58,236 nt of DNA from Promethearchaeia archaeon (GTDB lineage Archaea > Asgardarchaeota > Lokiarchaeia > Sigyniarchaeales > SOKP01): assembly GCA_029856105.1 (NCBI GenBank), contig JAHQWH010000019.1:1-58236 (forward strand). Reading direction: 5' to 3'. Positions 9,263 through 20,994 of this stretch are shown piece by piece. Positions within the stretch are counted from its first letter, which is position 1. Each line of letters opens with the position of its first letter. Position numbers and translations under genes: made by a program. Below the pieces are notes generated by a model. It did no database searches, was not told where the DNA came from, and was given only the letters and a program-made list of their open reading frames with translations.

Positions 9263-10774
9263 TAATTTTTTTTTTAGTTTTGATGAAAAATTAAATCTTA
9301 CAGCATAAAAATTAAAAATTATATCATCAATTGATTTCTGTTCAGGTGTATAATCATAACCTAAGTTTTTTTTCTTATTTTCAATTATTTGTTTAACCAA
9401 CACTTCAACTTCTTCTTGCGTTTCTTTGTTGGGCTTAATAAAAGGCAAAGAATGAATCCCAGATATTTGAATGCTGTTGGTATTGTTTATAATTCCTTTA
9501 GATAGATAATTATACAGAGAACTATTCAATAGTCCCAAGAAATATTCAATAGAAATCGATTTGTCCTTAGCGATAAAACCAATTGCCTTATTCGAGTCCC
9601 AATAGCAACCTTCTGGCATATAACGAGCGGCTAACCTCGAGCTAATACCGCTAATAACGATTCCTTCTTTTTCAAAAGGCACGCTACTTGGAATGTCGTA
9701 AATAGAGATCGCCTTGTCGTCCCAATCTAAAGCTTCCATAATAGGTCTATAGTATTGATCTCCCCCACCTCTTTTTAGATAAGGTTTCCATCTCTCTGTT
9801 TTCAAATCGCTTCTTAAAATAATTTTGAATTTCTCATTTTGTTTAATTCTTGTATAGTTTTTCTTTCTGAAAACATCTGCTAGTTCCGTACCATCAATCG
9901 CAGCAATGTATTTCTTATTGTTATGAGTGTGCATTCCAATGTACCCTTTAATAAAATTATATAGTTTAGGAGCGTTTTCAAACAAATCAATTATTTGGTC
10001 CTCTACTTCAAAAAAAAATATGTTAAAAGGTAAAGATTTATATCTTCTCTGCTTGATTTCGTTTACAACTTGTGGTTTCCAATATTCGTCTTCATTTTTT
10101 ATTCTCGAAACTATGCGCATTAAATTATTATCTCGAACTTGCTTATTGCTATCTCCGGAACGCTTAGTTAAAATGATTATTGCTGGATATGTGCTAACTT
10201 TCTGCTTATCAAATAAATTAGTTGGTGCGAGTAATATTTCGTTTATTATACAATTATTAAGAATGAATTCTCTTAATTTTTTATGAGTGCTTAAAGTTAA
10301 GAAAGTATCGCTCGTGATGAAGCCTAATTTCCCTCCCTCCTTCAAACGCCATATACTATTCACTATAAACATTGAATAAGTTTCGTGAGCGTTGGTTTTC
10401 CCATAAATCTTTTTTAATTTTACCCTATTTTCTCTCACGTAACTACTTGCTTTATTTAAGTAAGGAGGGTTTCCAACAATAAAATCGAACTCGTCATAGC
10501 AATCCGAATCAAACGATATTAAAGTATCTACTACTTTAAAGGATATACCTAATTCTTCAATATCTGTTTTATAAGCAAGATTCACGTCATAAGCAGAAAT
10601 CTGTGTTTTTTTAATTCCAGCTTTCAATAACGATTTAACAAAAGCTCCGGGACCTACGCACGGATCTAATACTTTTTGATTGTTTTTAAATTTACCTAAT
10701 TTAGATACGATATAATCTGCCGTTTTTGGAGGAGTTAAGACTACTCCTAAATCCTTTTTGCTCGAGTCTATTAT
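9236..10774 (-). CDS. Adenine-specific DNA methyltransferase (N-6/Eco57I/TaqI-like, gamma class); start extended beyond the ORF track
   Basis: NPPY motif IV. The in-frame region upstream of 10627 encodes motif X (GVVLTPP) and motif I (VLDPCVGPGAF) with no ATG/GTG/TTG, so an ATA start at 10774 is inferred. Confidence 0.85.
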   Translation of the reverse strand: MIDSSKKDLGVVLTPPKTADYIVSKLGKFKNNQKVLDPCVGPGAFVKSLLKAGIKKTQISAYDVNLAYKTDIEELGISFKVVDTLISFDSDCYDEFDFIVGNPPYLNKASSYVRENRVKLKKIYGKTNAHETYSMFIVNSIWRLKEGGKLGFITSDTFLTLSTHKKLREFILNNCIINEILLAPTNLFDKQKVSTYPAIIILTKRSGDSNKQVRDNNLMRIVSRIKNEDEYWKPQVVNEIKQRRYKSLPFNIFFFEVEDQIIDLFENAPKLYNFIKGYIGMHTHNNKKYIAAIDGTELADVFRKKNYTRIKQNEKFKIILRSDLKTERWKPYLKRGGGDQYYRPIMEALDWDDKAISIYDIPSSVPFEKEGIVISGISSRLAARYMPEGCYWDSNKAIGFIAKDKSISIEYFLGLLNSSLYNYLSKGIINNTNSIQISGIHSLPFIKPNKETQEEVEVLVKQIIENKKKNLGYDYTPEQKSIDDIIFNFYAVRFNFSSKLKKKLEENYAIYN

Positions 10775-10804
10775 TGTTAAACACTTTAAAATTTAATATC
10801 TAAA

Positions 10805-12001
10805 TTAAGTTTGGTTATCAAATACTATTAAGTTTTCGATGATCATCTCACATAAATTTTTTAACAATAAACTGTCTACTTTGTCTACTGTATCTCGAGT
10901 CGAATGAAGATATTTATACGATTCCAGGTCGCCAATTCCTATCCCCTCAAACTTAATCTTTTTTAAATAATACCCATCCGAATGAGAGCCAAAATATATT
11001 TTCTTAGGATTTCTTTTAATTTCCAAACCCTTACTATTATTTAAAAACGCATTGTAAATGGATTTAACGTTTCCTGACATTTTTTTACCGGGGAATAAAT
11101 ATATATTTTTGGCGATCGCATCAAAATTGAAAATTATGGATTTCTTTTTGTTAATATGTTCTAATTTATAGCAGAAATTCCGGATTCCCATAGTTCCACA
11201 TTCTTCCGCGCCTGTAAACACGAACCATAAATTGAAATGATTTAACCTAAATTCTGGATTTGAGTAATAATTTAACAATTCAAGTACGCACGCAATTCCA
11301 GAAGCGTTATCAATAGCTCCTTTAGATTTGTTATTTGTGTCGTTTAATAGGATAAAAATTGTAGATATTAGGTTAATTGCAATTGGAAATGCTCCGATGA
11401 TGTAAAACAATAATGAATATGAAATGAAAATATAATTCTTGCAAACTATTATAATAATTATTGTAAGGGATGAGAAAACCCAAGCTCTTATAACTCTTAT
11501 TCTTACAAGAATTGAAAACCTTTGCCCTTTTGAATCTAAATGGCAAAAAAATAGAACATCTTTTTCGTGTTTTCTATCATCGATTTTGTTAATTTCTGCC
11601 TCTTCATTCTTGGGCATTAAATCAAGTTTAACGTAAAGGTTTGATGAATTTAACTTCTTTCCTATTTTTATGCGTTCCGGTTTTCTTGTAATTGTAAATA
11701 AAAAGCCGAATAACAATAAAATAAGTATTGAAGAAATTGGAATAATAATTATTATAAAATTTAAAAACAACATTAGTAGAAGCGCAAATCCCGATAAAAG
11801 CGCAATTTTGGGGTATAGTCTGGCATAAAAAGTACTAAATTCGAACTCTTGACTTAACGGTTTAAATTTTAATTGTTCTAGTTTCTTAAATGCTAAATTA
11901 AAAGCTTTTCTTTCGTCGTCCGTACCTGATAATCTTGGAAAGGAAAATGATTTTAAGTTTTCCCTTATGCGATTTTCGTCGATCATTTTGATTTCTATCA
12001 A
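10805..12001 (-). CDS. Membrane M28-family metallopeptidase
   Basis: HLDS, GAIDNASG, GAEECG, SDG and HS..D zinc ligands; two TM hairpins. Confidence 0.85.
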   Translation of the reverse strand: MIEIKMIDENRIRENLKSFSFPRLSGTDDERKAFNLAFKKLEQLKFKPLSQEFEFSTFYARLYPKIALLSGFALLLMLFLNFIIIIIPISSILILLLFGFLFTITRKPERIKIGKKLNSSNLYVKLDLMPKNEEAEINKIDDRKHEKDVLFFCHLDSKGQRFSILVRIRVIRAWVFSSLTIIIIIVCKNYIFISYSLLFYIIGAFPIAINLISTIFILLNDTNNKSKGAIDNASGIACVLELLNYYSNPEFRLNHFNLWFVFTGAEECGTMGIRNFCYKLEHINKKKSIIFNFDAIAKNIYLFPGKKMSGNVKSIYNAFLNNSKGLEIKRNPKKIYFGSHSDGYYLKKIKFEGIGIGDLESYKYLHSTRDTVDKVDSLLLKNLCEMIIENLIVFDNQT

Positions 12002-12006
12002 TTTAT

Positions 12007-13674
12007 TTAATCTAAATAAGCCCCGTATTTTGCAGAACTTACAATTTTTCTGTATACATTTAAATAGCCTTTCTTTACTTTAGGTTCGGGTTTTTTCCAA
12101 TTTTTTAATCTATTTTTAATTTCTTCTTCTGAAACTAATAAGTTCAATAGACGTTTTTCTAAATCTATTTCAATAATGTCTCCATCTTGAACTATTGAGA
12201 TTGGACCCCCTTCAAATGCTTCGGGACAAACATGTCCTATGAAAGGTCCTCTTGTTGCGCCAGAGTACCTTCCATCAGTTATCATTGCTACAGAATCTCC
12301 TAACCCCATACCTATTAGAACGGCTGCGGGGATAGATAATTCCCTCATACCCGGCCCCCCTTTAGGACCTTCGTATCTAACGACTAAAACATCCCCTTCT
12401 TTAATTTTATCACTCATTAAAGCGTCTTTTAATTCTTCTTCCGCTTCAAACACTTTGGCAGGTCCTTTATGACGTCTCATTTTAAAATCAACTGCGCTCT
12501 GCTTTATGATTGCTCCATCTGGCGCTAAGTTTCCTTTTAATACCGCAATACCTCCTTCATTTGAAATCGGATCGTTTAGGTCGCGTATTAACTGATGTTC
12601 TAATATTTCAACTTTTTCAAGATATGTTTCTAACGACTCTCCTAAAATATTTACAGCCGATAAATCTAAAAGCTTAGATAATTTCTTGGTAAGAACTTTA
12701 ACGCTCCCCGCTTCGTGAAACTCTGTGAGGTTATATTCGGAAGCCGGTTTGAATTTAGCCAACAACGGAACAGATTTACTCAATCTATCGAAATCAAAAT
12801 GGTTTAAAGTGCCGCCAATTTCGTGAGATAAAGCACACATATGAAGAATCATGTTAGTGGACCCTCCAAAAGATAAAGCAACTTTGCACGCGTTTTCTAT
12901 CGATTTATTTGTGATCAAATCTAGAGCGGTAATATTCGCTTCTACCAAATTCATTATCGTTTTTCCCGTTTCCTTACTCAATTCTTCGCGTTCTTTTCCT
13001 ATTGCGCTTGTAGTAGCACAGTCAGGTAACGAAAGCCCCATTACTTCAACTATACAAGCCATTGTGTTTGCTGTGCCCATCATATTACACGCTCCTGGAG
13101 AACAACAAGTTTCAGATTCAATAAGAAAAAACTCTTCATTACTAATTTTTCCTGCTTTAAATCTACCAATTGCTTCTTTGATATCAGAAGTTACAAAAGT
13201 TTTTCCTTTTAACGGACCGTCGTTGAAATATTTTGGCTTCATAATACCTCCAGTTAAAAATATCGTAGGAATATCACATCTGGCGGCTGCTAAGAGCATA
13301 CCTGGAATAATTTTATCACATGAACTTACCATTACCATTCCATCAAAATTATAGGCTTTTATCGTACTTTCAATTGACGCTGCTATTATCTCGCGCGAAG
13401 GTAAGACAAATTTTGAATAATTGCCTGAATTGGCAATACCATCGCATGTAGCAATTGTATTGAATTCCATTGGAGTGCCTTCTGCTTCTTTTACGCCTTC
13501 TTTGACATATCTACTCAACTTCCGTAAATGGATGTGTCCGGGATTAATCTCATTCCATGAATTAACGATTGCTATACGCGGTTTAGCTAGATCTTTATAA
13601 GAATAGCCGCAACCACGAAATAAAGCTCTGGAATAAGCTTTCAAAGGATCTAAATCTTCTCTTTCTGCTGGCAT
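12007..13674 (-). CDS. ilvD: Dihydroxy-acid dehydratase (IlvD/Edd family)
   Basis: [48 protein letters not shown]. Confidence 0.9.
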   Translation of the reverse strand: MPAEREDLDPLKAYSRALFRGCGYSYKDLAKPRIAIVNSWNEINPGHIHLRKLSRYVKEGVKEAEGTPMEFNTIATCDGIANSGNYSKFVLPSREIIAASIESTIKAYNFDGMVMVSSCDKIIPGMLLAAARCDIPTIFLTGGIMKPKYFNDGPLKGKTFVTSDIKEAIGRFKAGKISNEEFFLIESETCCSPGACNMMGTANTMACIVEVMGLSLPDCATTSAIGKEREELSKETGKTIMNLVEANITALDLITNKSIENACKVALSFGGSTNMILHMCALSHEIGGTLNHFDFDRLSKSVPLLAKFKPASEYNLTEFHEAGSVKVLTKKLSKLLDLSAVNILGESLETYLEKVEILEHQLIRDLNDPISNEGGIAVLKGNLAPDGAIIKQSAVDFKMRRHKGPAKVFEAEEELKDALMSDKIKEGDVLVVRYEGPKGGPGMRELSIPAAVLIGMGLGDSVAMITDGRYSGATRGPFIGHVCPEAFEGGPISIVQDGDIIEIDLEKRLLNLLVSEEEIKNRLKNWKKPEPKVKKGYLNVYRKIVSSAKYGAYLD

Positions 13675-13834
13675 TTTAAGTTCTATTACTACTTATTTAT
13701 ATATTTTAATTTAATGTTCCTTCTTGATATTATCCGAAAACCAATTATTTTTTAAAAATTTTTGTTTAATAGTAATTTAGAACATTTTCAGAAATAGAGT
13801 TATATATATTAAATTAAATCTTTTACTAATTGTC

Positions 13835-14941
13835 ATGCTGAAAGTAGGAATAATTGGTACTGGCGTTATTTTTGATCTTAATGTATTAGGATATTTAAAT
13901 AATAATGATGTTGAGATTACTTGCCTATGTAATAGAACTACAGAGAAAGCTAAAAGTAAAATCAAACAGTTCAATTTAGATAAAAACATTAGAATATATT
14001 CTGATTATAAAGAAATGTTGGATAAAGAGGAATTGGATATTGTTGAAATCCTCCTACCTCATCACCTACACGCCGAAGTAACGATTTACGCTGCCGGGAA
14101 AGGGGTAAAAGCAATTTCAGTTCAAAAACCCATGGCTTTAACGCTAGATGAAGCAGAAAAAATGATTAAAGCGTGTAAAGAATCCGAGTCACTTCTTTCT
14201 ATATACGAGAATTTCTTATTTACTCCCCACATATTAAAAGCCAAAGAATTAATCGATTTAGATTATATTGGCGATCCCTCATCAATTCGAATAAAAATTG
14301 CGATGGGCGGTAAAGGCGGTTGGAACGCGCCAAGTAGTGCAAATAAATGGAGAGAGGACCCAAAAATGATAGGAGGCGCTAAAACGGGCTCCCCAGTTTT
14401 ACTTGACAACGGGTGGCATGCGTTTGTGTTAGCAAGGTGGTTCTTTGATGAAGACATCGAAAAAGTATTTGCGTGGACGGATAATTTTAAAGGTTTAGAT
14501 GCTCCAGCGTATGTAATGTTCAAATATAAGCAAAGCAGAGAACACATTGTTCCACAATACGGCCATATGGAATTTTCTTTAATGCCTGAGATGATACTTC
14601 CTTCAAAATATTATTCCACTGATGAATTTATTGAAGTTATCGCAAGTAGAGGAATTATGAAAATAAATCAAGGGACTTCTATTGGAAACCCTATGTCAAA
14701 TTCAGCCATTTTTGCTCCTATTGTTATAATTCGCGATGGTAAAGTGGAAACTTATAACGAATTTGAAAATGACTGGAAACAAAGCTTTATTAATGCTACG
14801 AAACATTTTATAGAAGTTGTTAAAGGAAAAAAAAAACCAATATTATCTGGTGAACAAGCCAAATACAATTTAAGATTCAATTTAGCTGCTATAAGATCTT
14901 CTGAATTGGGCAAAGAAGTATCATTGAAAGAATTCCCTTAA
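13835..14941 (+). CDS. Gfo/Idh/MocA family oxidoreductase
   Basis: KVGIIGTG, PHHLH, QKPMA, DNGWH. Confidence 0.9.
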   Translation: MLKVGIIGTGVIFDLNVLGYLNNNDVEITCLCNRTTEKAKSKIKQFNLDKNIRIYSDYKEMLDKEELDIVEILLPHHLHAEVTIYAAGKGVKAISVQKPMALTLDEAEKMIKACKESESLLSIYENFLFTPHILKAKELIDLDYIGDPSSIRIKIAMGGKGGWNAPSSANKWREDPKMIGGAKTGSPVLLDNGWHAFVLARWFFDEDIEKVFAWTDNFKGLDAPAYVMFKYKQSREHIVPQYGHMEFSLMPEMILPSKYYSTDEFIEVIASRGIMKINQGTSIGNPMSNSAIFAPIVIIRDGKVETYNEFENDWKQSFINATKHFIEVVKGKKKPILSGEQAKYNLRFNLAAIRSSELGKEVSLKEFP

Positions 14942-14947
14942 AATAAA

Positions 14948-16204
14948 TTAAAGTTCGTATTGATACTTAAATTCTTTATGCTCTAATCCTTCTTGAATCC
15001 CCTTTTTTAAATCCATTCTAATATTTTTAAGATATTTTCTAAATGTACCTCCATCAACTTCCACAGGCTCCTTCACGGTACAAGAATCCTTTTGCTCATT
15101 TTCTGGAGTAATTTCCTCCCACCTTACAATCCTCTTCTGCTGAGTCGATATAAAAGGCATTTTAGCAAAAATGCTTAAATCCCTCCCTTGTTCGCCGGTA
15201 TAAATCGGCTCGCTCTTTTCTTGTATAGCACGAATAAAATGTTCAGTAGAATTAATAAAAGAATATCTCCAATCCCTTGGTAATTCTTCTCCATAAGTTT
15301 TGACTTCACCACCACTATACACAACAATAGGGGGATATTGAGGTGTTTTAGATACCAGATTTCCCCCACTAGTACACTGGTTTAACCATATCATACCTTT
15401 CGTTCCAGAGATTTCAATGAATTCGTCACAATCGTAATAATTACTTGGATAATAAACATTAGGAGCAAGAGTAAACTGCATTGAACCGTATTTAGGGGGA
15501 TCATCTAATTCTTTTTTAGGGTATTTCCAAAAAATGAGACTTGGTGAATCCATCACCGTCGAAAAATAATCGATCCAACTGTATAATTCATCGACTTTCT
15601 CTTGATCCATTAACCATAGCGCCATTGAGAATTTATGAATTCCATCATCATATATCCATGAACCCCCTCCGCATTTATCAATATTACGACGCCAAAGAAG
15701 AGCTTTCATATCTACTGGCATACTTGGACCTCCCATGGAAATGGTATTTATTCTGAAATTTAAACATTCTCCTATTATTCCTTGATCTAACAGCTCTTTT
15801 GCTCTTAAATAAACTGGATAAAACCTAAAGTTTTCATATAGTTTAAGTTTTACCTTTTCCTCTTTGCAAACTTGAATCATTTTCTCGCAATCAGTTATCG
15901 TATGAGCCATTGGCTTTTGTACCGAAATTCCTGGAACTCCCGCTTTAGCACAATATGCTGTCATTGGAGCGTGAAGATGATGTGGAGTTAAAATTTCTAC
16001 GATATCAAGATCTTCGCGATCAATCATTTTCTTATAATCTTCGTATATTGGGACTGTCCGTAAGCCCCATCTTTCTAACTTTTTACCGGCAGTTTTTAAA
16101 TCAGTATCGCTTACCCCCACAAGCTCAGTTTCTTGGGAATGAAGATATCCTAACACATTTAAATTTGCGATATCACCACAACCAATTATCCCTACTCTCA
16201 ACAT
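14948..16204 (-). CDS. Gfo/Idh/MocA family oxidoreductase, convergent paralog
   Basis: RVGIIGCG, PHHLH, QKPMA, DDGIH; shares YYxxDEFIE and SFINxTxHFI with the neighbour. Confidence 0.9.
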   Translation of the reverse strand: MLRVGIIGCGDIANLNVLGYLHSQETELVGVSDTDLKTAGKKLERWGLRTVPIYEDYKKMIDREDLDIVEILTPHHLHAPMTAYCAKAGVPGISVQKPMAHTITDCEKMIQVCKEEKVKLKLYENFRFYPVYLRAKELLDQGIIGECLNFRINTISMGGPSMPVDMKALLWRRNIDKCGGGSWIYDDGIHKFSMALWLMDQEKVDELYSWIDYFSTVMDSPSLIFWKYPKKELDDPPKYGSMQFTLAPNVYYPSNYYDCDEFIEISGTKGMIWLNQCTSGGNLVSKTPQYPPIVVYSGGEVKTYGEELPRDWRYSFINSTEHFIRAIQEKSEPIYTGEQGRDLSIFAKMPFISTQQKRIVRWEEITPENEQKDSCTVKEPVEVDGGTFRKYLKNIRMDLKKGIQEGLEHKEFKYQYEL

Positions 16205-16421
16205 AATAGAACAGAAGTCAAGTCAAGTATTTAACGTTATTTTATTAAGTTTGCATAAAATTAAAAAGTTTTAGATGGAATTGATATAAATTAATTTCTA
16301 AATTTAAAATTTTTAAAGATATATTTTCCTTCCGTACATCCTTAAAAAATAAAACTTTAAATAAACTTCGATCGTAATTTATAACTGTAACCTTAATAAA
16401 AAAAAAAAGGTAGAAATTAAA

Positions 16422-16850
16422 ATGGTTGACGAGAATTTAATAAAAGAATTAAAAGAAATGAGAGCAAAAGGTGCAAGCCAACCTTCTGACGCTCTAAAAA
16501 TGTATGAGTTTGTCAAGCAAATGGTCGAGGAAAGCGAAGATTTAAAAGAAGAATTAGAAGATATCGATCCTATGGCGGTTCAACTCGTAGTGTCTGATGT
16601 TAATTATAGGTATTGGGTTAAACTGGGAGACGGAAAGATCGATTATGGCGAAGGGGACGCTGATGACCCGAGCGTTACCATGTCCGCTTCAGGAGCAACT
16701 TGGGCAGGATTATCCTCTGGTGAATTAGATTCTACTAGCGCGTACATGTCTGGAGACCTAGTTATAGAAGGCAACCTTCAAGATGCTATTGCCTATGGGG
16801 AAATTGTTGGGCTAGCTACGGAAGAAGGAGCAGAATATTTTGAAGATTAA
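16422..16850 (+). CDS. SCP2 sterol/lipid-binding domain protein
   Basis: GELDSTSAYMSGDLVIEGN SCP2 signature. Confidence 0.85.
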   Translation: MVDENLIKELKEMRAKGASQPSDALKMYEFVKQMVEESEDLKEELEDIDPMAVQLVVSDVNYRYWVKLGDGKIDYGEGDADDPSVTMSASGATWAGLSSGELDSTSAYMSGDLVIEGNLQDAIAYGEIVGLATEEGAEYFED

Positions 16851-16975
16851 ATCTTCTCTTATTATTTAAACATAATTTCACATCTTTTTTTTTATTCTTT
16901 TTTAAAAAAAATAAAATTGTAATTATAGTCTACATTTGATTTTATAAATATTATATTGAAGATTTTTTTGCGATT

Positions 16976-18418
16976 ATGGTTGAGGATGCTAGGCCCCGGG
17001 AGTTATTGGGATTTCGATTAATTGGTTATTCAATTGGAGACTTTGGAATATCATTAGTAAATATATTATTTGGAACGTTTGTTTTCCAATTTTATGTGTA
17101 TACAATTAATCTTAACTCAATTCTTGTCTCAATTGGAATTTCAATGCAATTAATTATCGGTGCCTTTTTCTCAATAATATTTGGAGTTATTGTTGATAAT
17201 AAAACACCCGGAAAATTGGGAAAAAGACGACCTTTTTTACTTTTTGCACTGCCATTATGGGTTTTAACAAACATTTTAATATGGTTTCCTCCGTGGTATG
17301 CTCCTCAAGCGGATTCTTTTTTTTGGCCAACGGCAATTTATTTCTGGTCTATGACGATATTACAAGCTATATCGGGCACGTTAATTTTTAATGTTTACTT
17401 ATCAATGTTACCAGAACAATCTCAGACTCAAAAAAACAGGAAAGTTGTTGCTTCTAATAGAGCCTTATTTTCAATTATTGCTTCAATATTAGCATTAATG
17501 TTACCCTTAATAGTACAGAGTATACTTGACGACCCTGAAAATGTAAAATGGTGGCAACCTTCAGGAGAATTAATTCTTCTTTATATTCCAATGATAGGTA
17601 TAACATTCGCGATTTTTGGGTTAATAACAATAATTTTCACCTTCTTTTCAGTAGACGAAAAATTTCATAATAGCACCTCAATTAATGAAAAGAATAGAAT
17701 ATCGATTGTTTCGACTATTCAACAAATTGCTGTACCTATTAAAGATAAAAAATTTAGAAGTTTTTTGGGAGTTAGGTTCTTGCATAGTATATCTGGCATA
17801 ACTTTGGGAATTTTGGTAATCCCTTTTTTAGTGATTGTTCTTAAATTTAAAGAAAGCGAATTTTTTATATATATAATAGTCTCAATTTTTAGTAAGTTTA
17901 CCTGGTACTTTATATGGAGAAAAATCCTTACTAAAAGAAGCCTTACAACAAGATATTTTATATGTATCGGACTTGCGACAATTGCTTCATTATTAGAACT
18001 TCTCTTTTTGCTCGAGTTCCTTTCTTTTGAATTAAAAATTTTTATTTTTATACTATCAATTGGAACGATATTAGGATCTATGTATGCGTTTCCATTATTT
18101 GCCATCCCTATTGGTGCTACATTGGTTCATGAAGCCTCTCATAAAGATGAAAAATTAAATACCAGTATAGCAATCTCTAAATTATCAGGAGCTTATTATG
18201 GATCATTGACCTTTATTGCATCTATTGGTCAAGCGCTTTCTTCAATCATATTAGGCTTTCTTCTTTCTGGACCGAATGAAAACAATCCAATTATAATTAC
18301 ATTTTTAATATCATCCATGGGTATCTTCTACTTGATAAGCCTTCTATTTCTGAAAAAAATTAAGTTAAACGAAGATTTAAGTGAAAATCCCCCATCAAAT
18401 AACGAACTTTCCCAATAA
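16976..18418 (+). CDS. MFS transporter, GPH/MFS_2 (MelB-like) family
   Basis: About 12 TM segments; DN..GKLGKRRPF loop motif. Confidence 0.85.
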   Translation: MVEDARPRELLGFRLIGYSIGDFGISLVNILFGTFVFQFYVYTINLNSILVSIGISMQLIIGAFFSIIFGVIVDNKTPGKLGKRRPFLLFALPLWVLTNILIWFPPWYAPQADSFFWPTAIYFWSMTILQAISGTLIFNVYLSMLPEQSQTQKNRKVVASNRALFSIIASILALMLPLIVQSILDDPENVKWWQPSGELILLYIPMIGITFAIFGLITIIFTFFSVDEKFHNSTSINEKNRISIVSTIQQIAVPIKDKKFRSFLGVRFLHSISGITLGILVIPFLVIVLKFKESEFFIYIIVSIFSKFTWYFIWRKILTKRSLTTRYFICIGLATIASLLELLFLLEFLSFELKIFIFILSIGTILGSMYAFPLFAIPIGATLVHEASHKDEKLNTSIAISKLSGAYYGSLTFIASIGQALSSIILGFLLSGPNENNPIIITFLISSMGIFYLISLLFLKKIKLNEDLSENPPSNNELSQ

Positions 18419-18580
18419 ATGATAGGTTCAGATTTAGCAAAACGCGCGATAAATATTAGCCGTAAGAGAAGAAATATCTTCTATTTCCATAATTTAATCA
18501 TCTATTTTTTACACCCTAATTAATAATATATAATAGAGTGAATGCATAAGAATAGATTTTGTAAAAAAAAAATAAAATGA

Positions 18581-19963
18581 CTAAAGATTCATTTCTTCTA
18601 TTTTCAATTTGATATCTATAGCCTCTTCTTTTGATATTTTATACAGGAAGATAAAAGCAACCGTACCAATTAAAGTTATAATCATTGGAATTATTGACAT
18701 TTGAAAAAGTAAACCAAACTTTGCAGCATCAGTGTTCCCTGTTGTTAGAATTGGATCGTAACTCGTAAATATTGCGACAATCGCAAAAATTACTGTCTGT
18801 AAAAAGTATGAGAAAGCTGTGAAAATCTTGTAAATACCTGAATAACTTCCCTCTTCTCGTTTTCCGGAATTAACTGTTGCGTTGTCTATACCCTGCGCTC
18901 TCAGTAACCCAAAAACTACTCCCGCAGTTGCACTAAATCCAATACCTGCAAAGGCATATACTAAAGTTAAACTAATTATATCAGTAACAAACACTAACAT
19001 GAAATATGCAATAATATTGCAACACATGCCCGCTATATATGCTTTTCTAACACCTATTTTTCTAGAAATCCATGTCCAAAAAGGAGCAAGAAGAAATCCA
19101 ACACCATTCACCATCAAAAGAGGTAGAGCAGTATCCCCTATATCTAATCCTAAAGAATGTTCCACATAAAAATTAAGCCCATATAGAAAACACGCCCCAG
19201 CTACAGACCAAGAAAAACCTGCGATTGTAATTCCCATCCAACTACGATCCTTAAAAACCCGTTTAATAACTTCACCCACAGGGGATGATCCCCTTTGTGA
19301 ACTATCCAATTCTGCACGAAATACCTTCATTTCTTTAGGTTCTCGAATTCCAAAACTATATGGAATAACCAAAATGTAAGCAAAGATTGCAACAAGAATT
19401 ACCGTTCCTAAATATCCAATTGATGATATGAATCTAGGGATTAAGAAATTGATAAAAATTGTTGCTATACCCCCTATAATTGCTCCTATAACGATTACTT
19501 TTCTTCTATGGGGATCTTCCCTAAATAAATCGGGAAATAAAGCCATTTCATTAATCTCCCTTGACGTCATAAAAGTTTCATATACCACCATAATAAATAT
19601 TAGCCAAATTACAGATATCAGAATGTCAGGTGAAATTTGGATAAAACATATGATTAAAAAAATTGGACCTATAACTAAACCTCCAATAATCCACGGAAAC
19701 CTCTTTCCAAATCTTGAGGTCAATTTCTTAGAATTATCAGCTAGGTATCCAATTATTGGATCATTTATACCATCCATAATCGAATATATTAAATAGATCA
19801 ATGGAATTACTGCTGTTGGTATTAGTAGAATTGTAACCGCGAAATATTGAATTTGACCCCACATCGTAAACAATAAACCACTACTTATACCCCCAAGAGT
19901 ATAAAAAACCATTTTTTTTGTAGTGATTGAATCAGAAAATTTCATTTTCTGTTGTTCTGTCAT
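18581..19963 (-). CDS. MFS transporter, GPH/MFS_2 (MelB-like) family
   Basis: DGINDPIIG, RFGKRFPW, GKRREG-like (GKREEGSYSG) motifs. Confidence 0.88.
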   Translation of the reverse strand: MTEQQKMKFSDSITTKKMVFYTLGGISSGLLFTMWGQIQYFAVTILLIPTAVIPLIYLIYSIMDGINDPIIGYLADNSKKLTSRFGKRFPWIIGGLVIGPIFLIICFIQISPDILISVIWLIFIMVVYETFMTSREINEMALFPDLFREDPHRRKVIVIGAIIGGIATIFINFLIPRFISSIGYLGTVILVAIFAYILVIPYSFGIREPKEMKVFRAELDSSQRGSSPVGEVIKRVFKDRSWMGITIAGFSWSVAGACFLYGLNFYVEHSLGLDIGDTALPLLMVNGVGFLLAPFWTWISRKIGVRKAYIAGMCCNIIAYFMLVFVTDIISLTLVYAFAGIGFSATAGVVFGLLRAQGIDNATVNSGKREEGSYSGIYKIFTAFSYFLQTVIFAIVAIFTSYDPILTTGNTDAAKFGLLFQMSIIPMIITLIGTVAFIFLYKISKEEAIDIKLKIEEMNL

Positions 19964-20180
19964 GATAAATTCACTTGAAATATTGCATATCTAATTTAAA
20001 TAACGTAGTATTTATAGGTTTTTAAAAAACCTAATTTGGATAAAAAAACTATTATGACAAAAAGAATAGCATTCTTTTTAAGATTGTAACACTTAATATT
20101 CGAATGAGTGGGATTTTATTTTTAATAAATTAAGCTTTCTCTGGTTTATTAATAATAACTATTAAAAGGACCGAATTTTT

Positions 20181-20921
20181 ATGGATATTTTATTAGATTT
20201 ACTGATTTTACTATTAACATTTGTCTATGTTTTTGCAACTATTTTAATACCAGTTCAGTTGAAGAAGAGAGATAAAATCACTAAATTCCAAGCTCGTAAA
20301 GTGGTACATTTATTCGCTGGGTTAAGTATTTTAATAACTCCATATTTTTCTTCTCCATGGTGGGCTGTATTATTGGCTAGTTCAATGACAATTTTAACTT
20401 TTTTAAGTTCAAAAAAAAGTAAGGTAAAACAGCTAAGAGATTTATACGATTCAATAGGAGAAGAAGCTGAAGAAAAAGCAGGTTATTTACAGGGGCCATT
20501 TCATTATTGCTTATCGATTACAATATTGATAACACTTTTTGCTATTATAGCTCCATATCAAATGTATTTCCCAATTGCTGGAATTCTATTAATGATTATT
20601 TCAGATACACTTGCATCCTTAATTGGCAAAAAATTTGGAAAAATAAAAATAAAACTCCCGTGGACTAACACTACGAGGACTTTGGAAGGGTCGTTAGCAT
20701 TTTTTATAAGTGGATTTATGCTTTGTTTCATTGCTTTTACATTTTTAGGAGTCACAAATCCAATAACGCAAATTCATATTTCATTAGAAGCTGCGCTTCT
20801 ATATTCGTTAATTACTAGTATTTTAGCAACCATAATAGAGCTAATTTCTCCTAGTACTTGGGACGATCTAACTGTACCTATCTTAACAACGCTAATAATT
20901 TTTCTAATAACATTAATTTAA
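20181..20921 (+). CDS. CTP-dependent polyprenol/diacylglycerol kinase (dolichol/phytol kinase-like)
   Basis: RKVVH, SDTLASLIGKKFG, RTLEGS, E...DDLTVP motifs; multi-TM. Confidence 0.85.
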   Translation: MDILLDLLILLLTFVYVFATILIPVQLKKRDKITKFQARKVVHLFAGLSILITPYFSSPWWAVLLASSMTILTFLSSKKSKVKQLRDLYDSIGEEAEEKAGYLQGPFHYCLSITILITLFAIIAPYQMYFPIAGILLMIISDTLASLIGKKFGKIKIKLPWTNTTRTLEGSLAFFISGFMLCFIAFTFLGVTNPITQIHISLEAALLYSLITSILATIIELISPSTWDDLTVPILTTLIIFLITLI

Positions 20922-20994
20922 TCTTAAATCTAACTTTTTATTTTTTATTATCATTAGAGCTATTTTAATCATCTAAAAAATATAGAAAATCAAA

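Noticed and set aside
12851-13354. Antisense/shadow ORFs in the track (e.g. 12851-13354, 22491-22880, 32014-32415, 38811-39287, 49244-49534)
   Set aside because: They lie opposite or inside well-supported genes and have no recognisable motifs.
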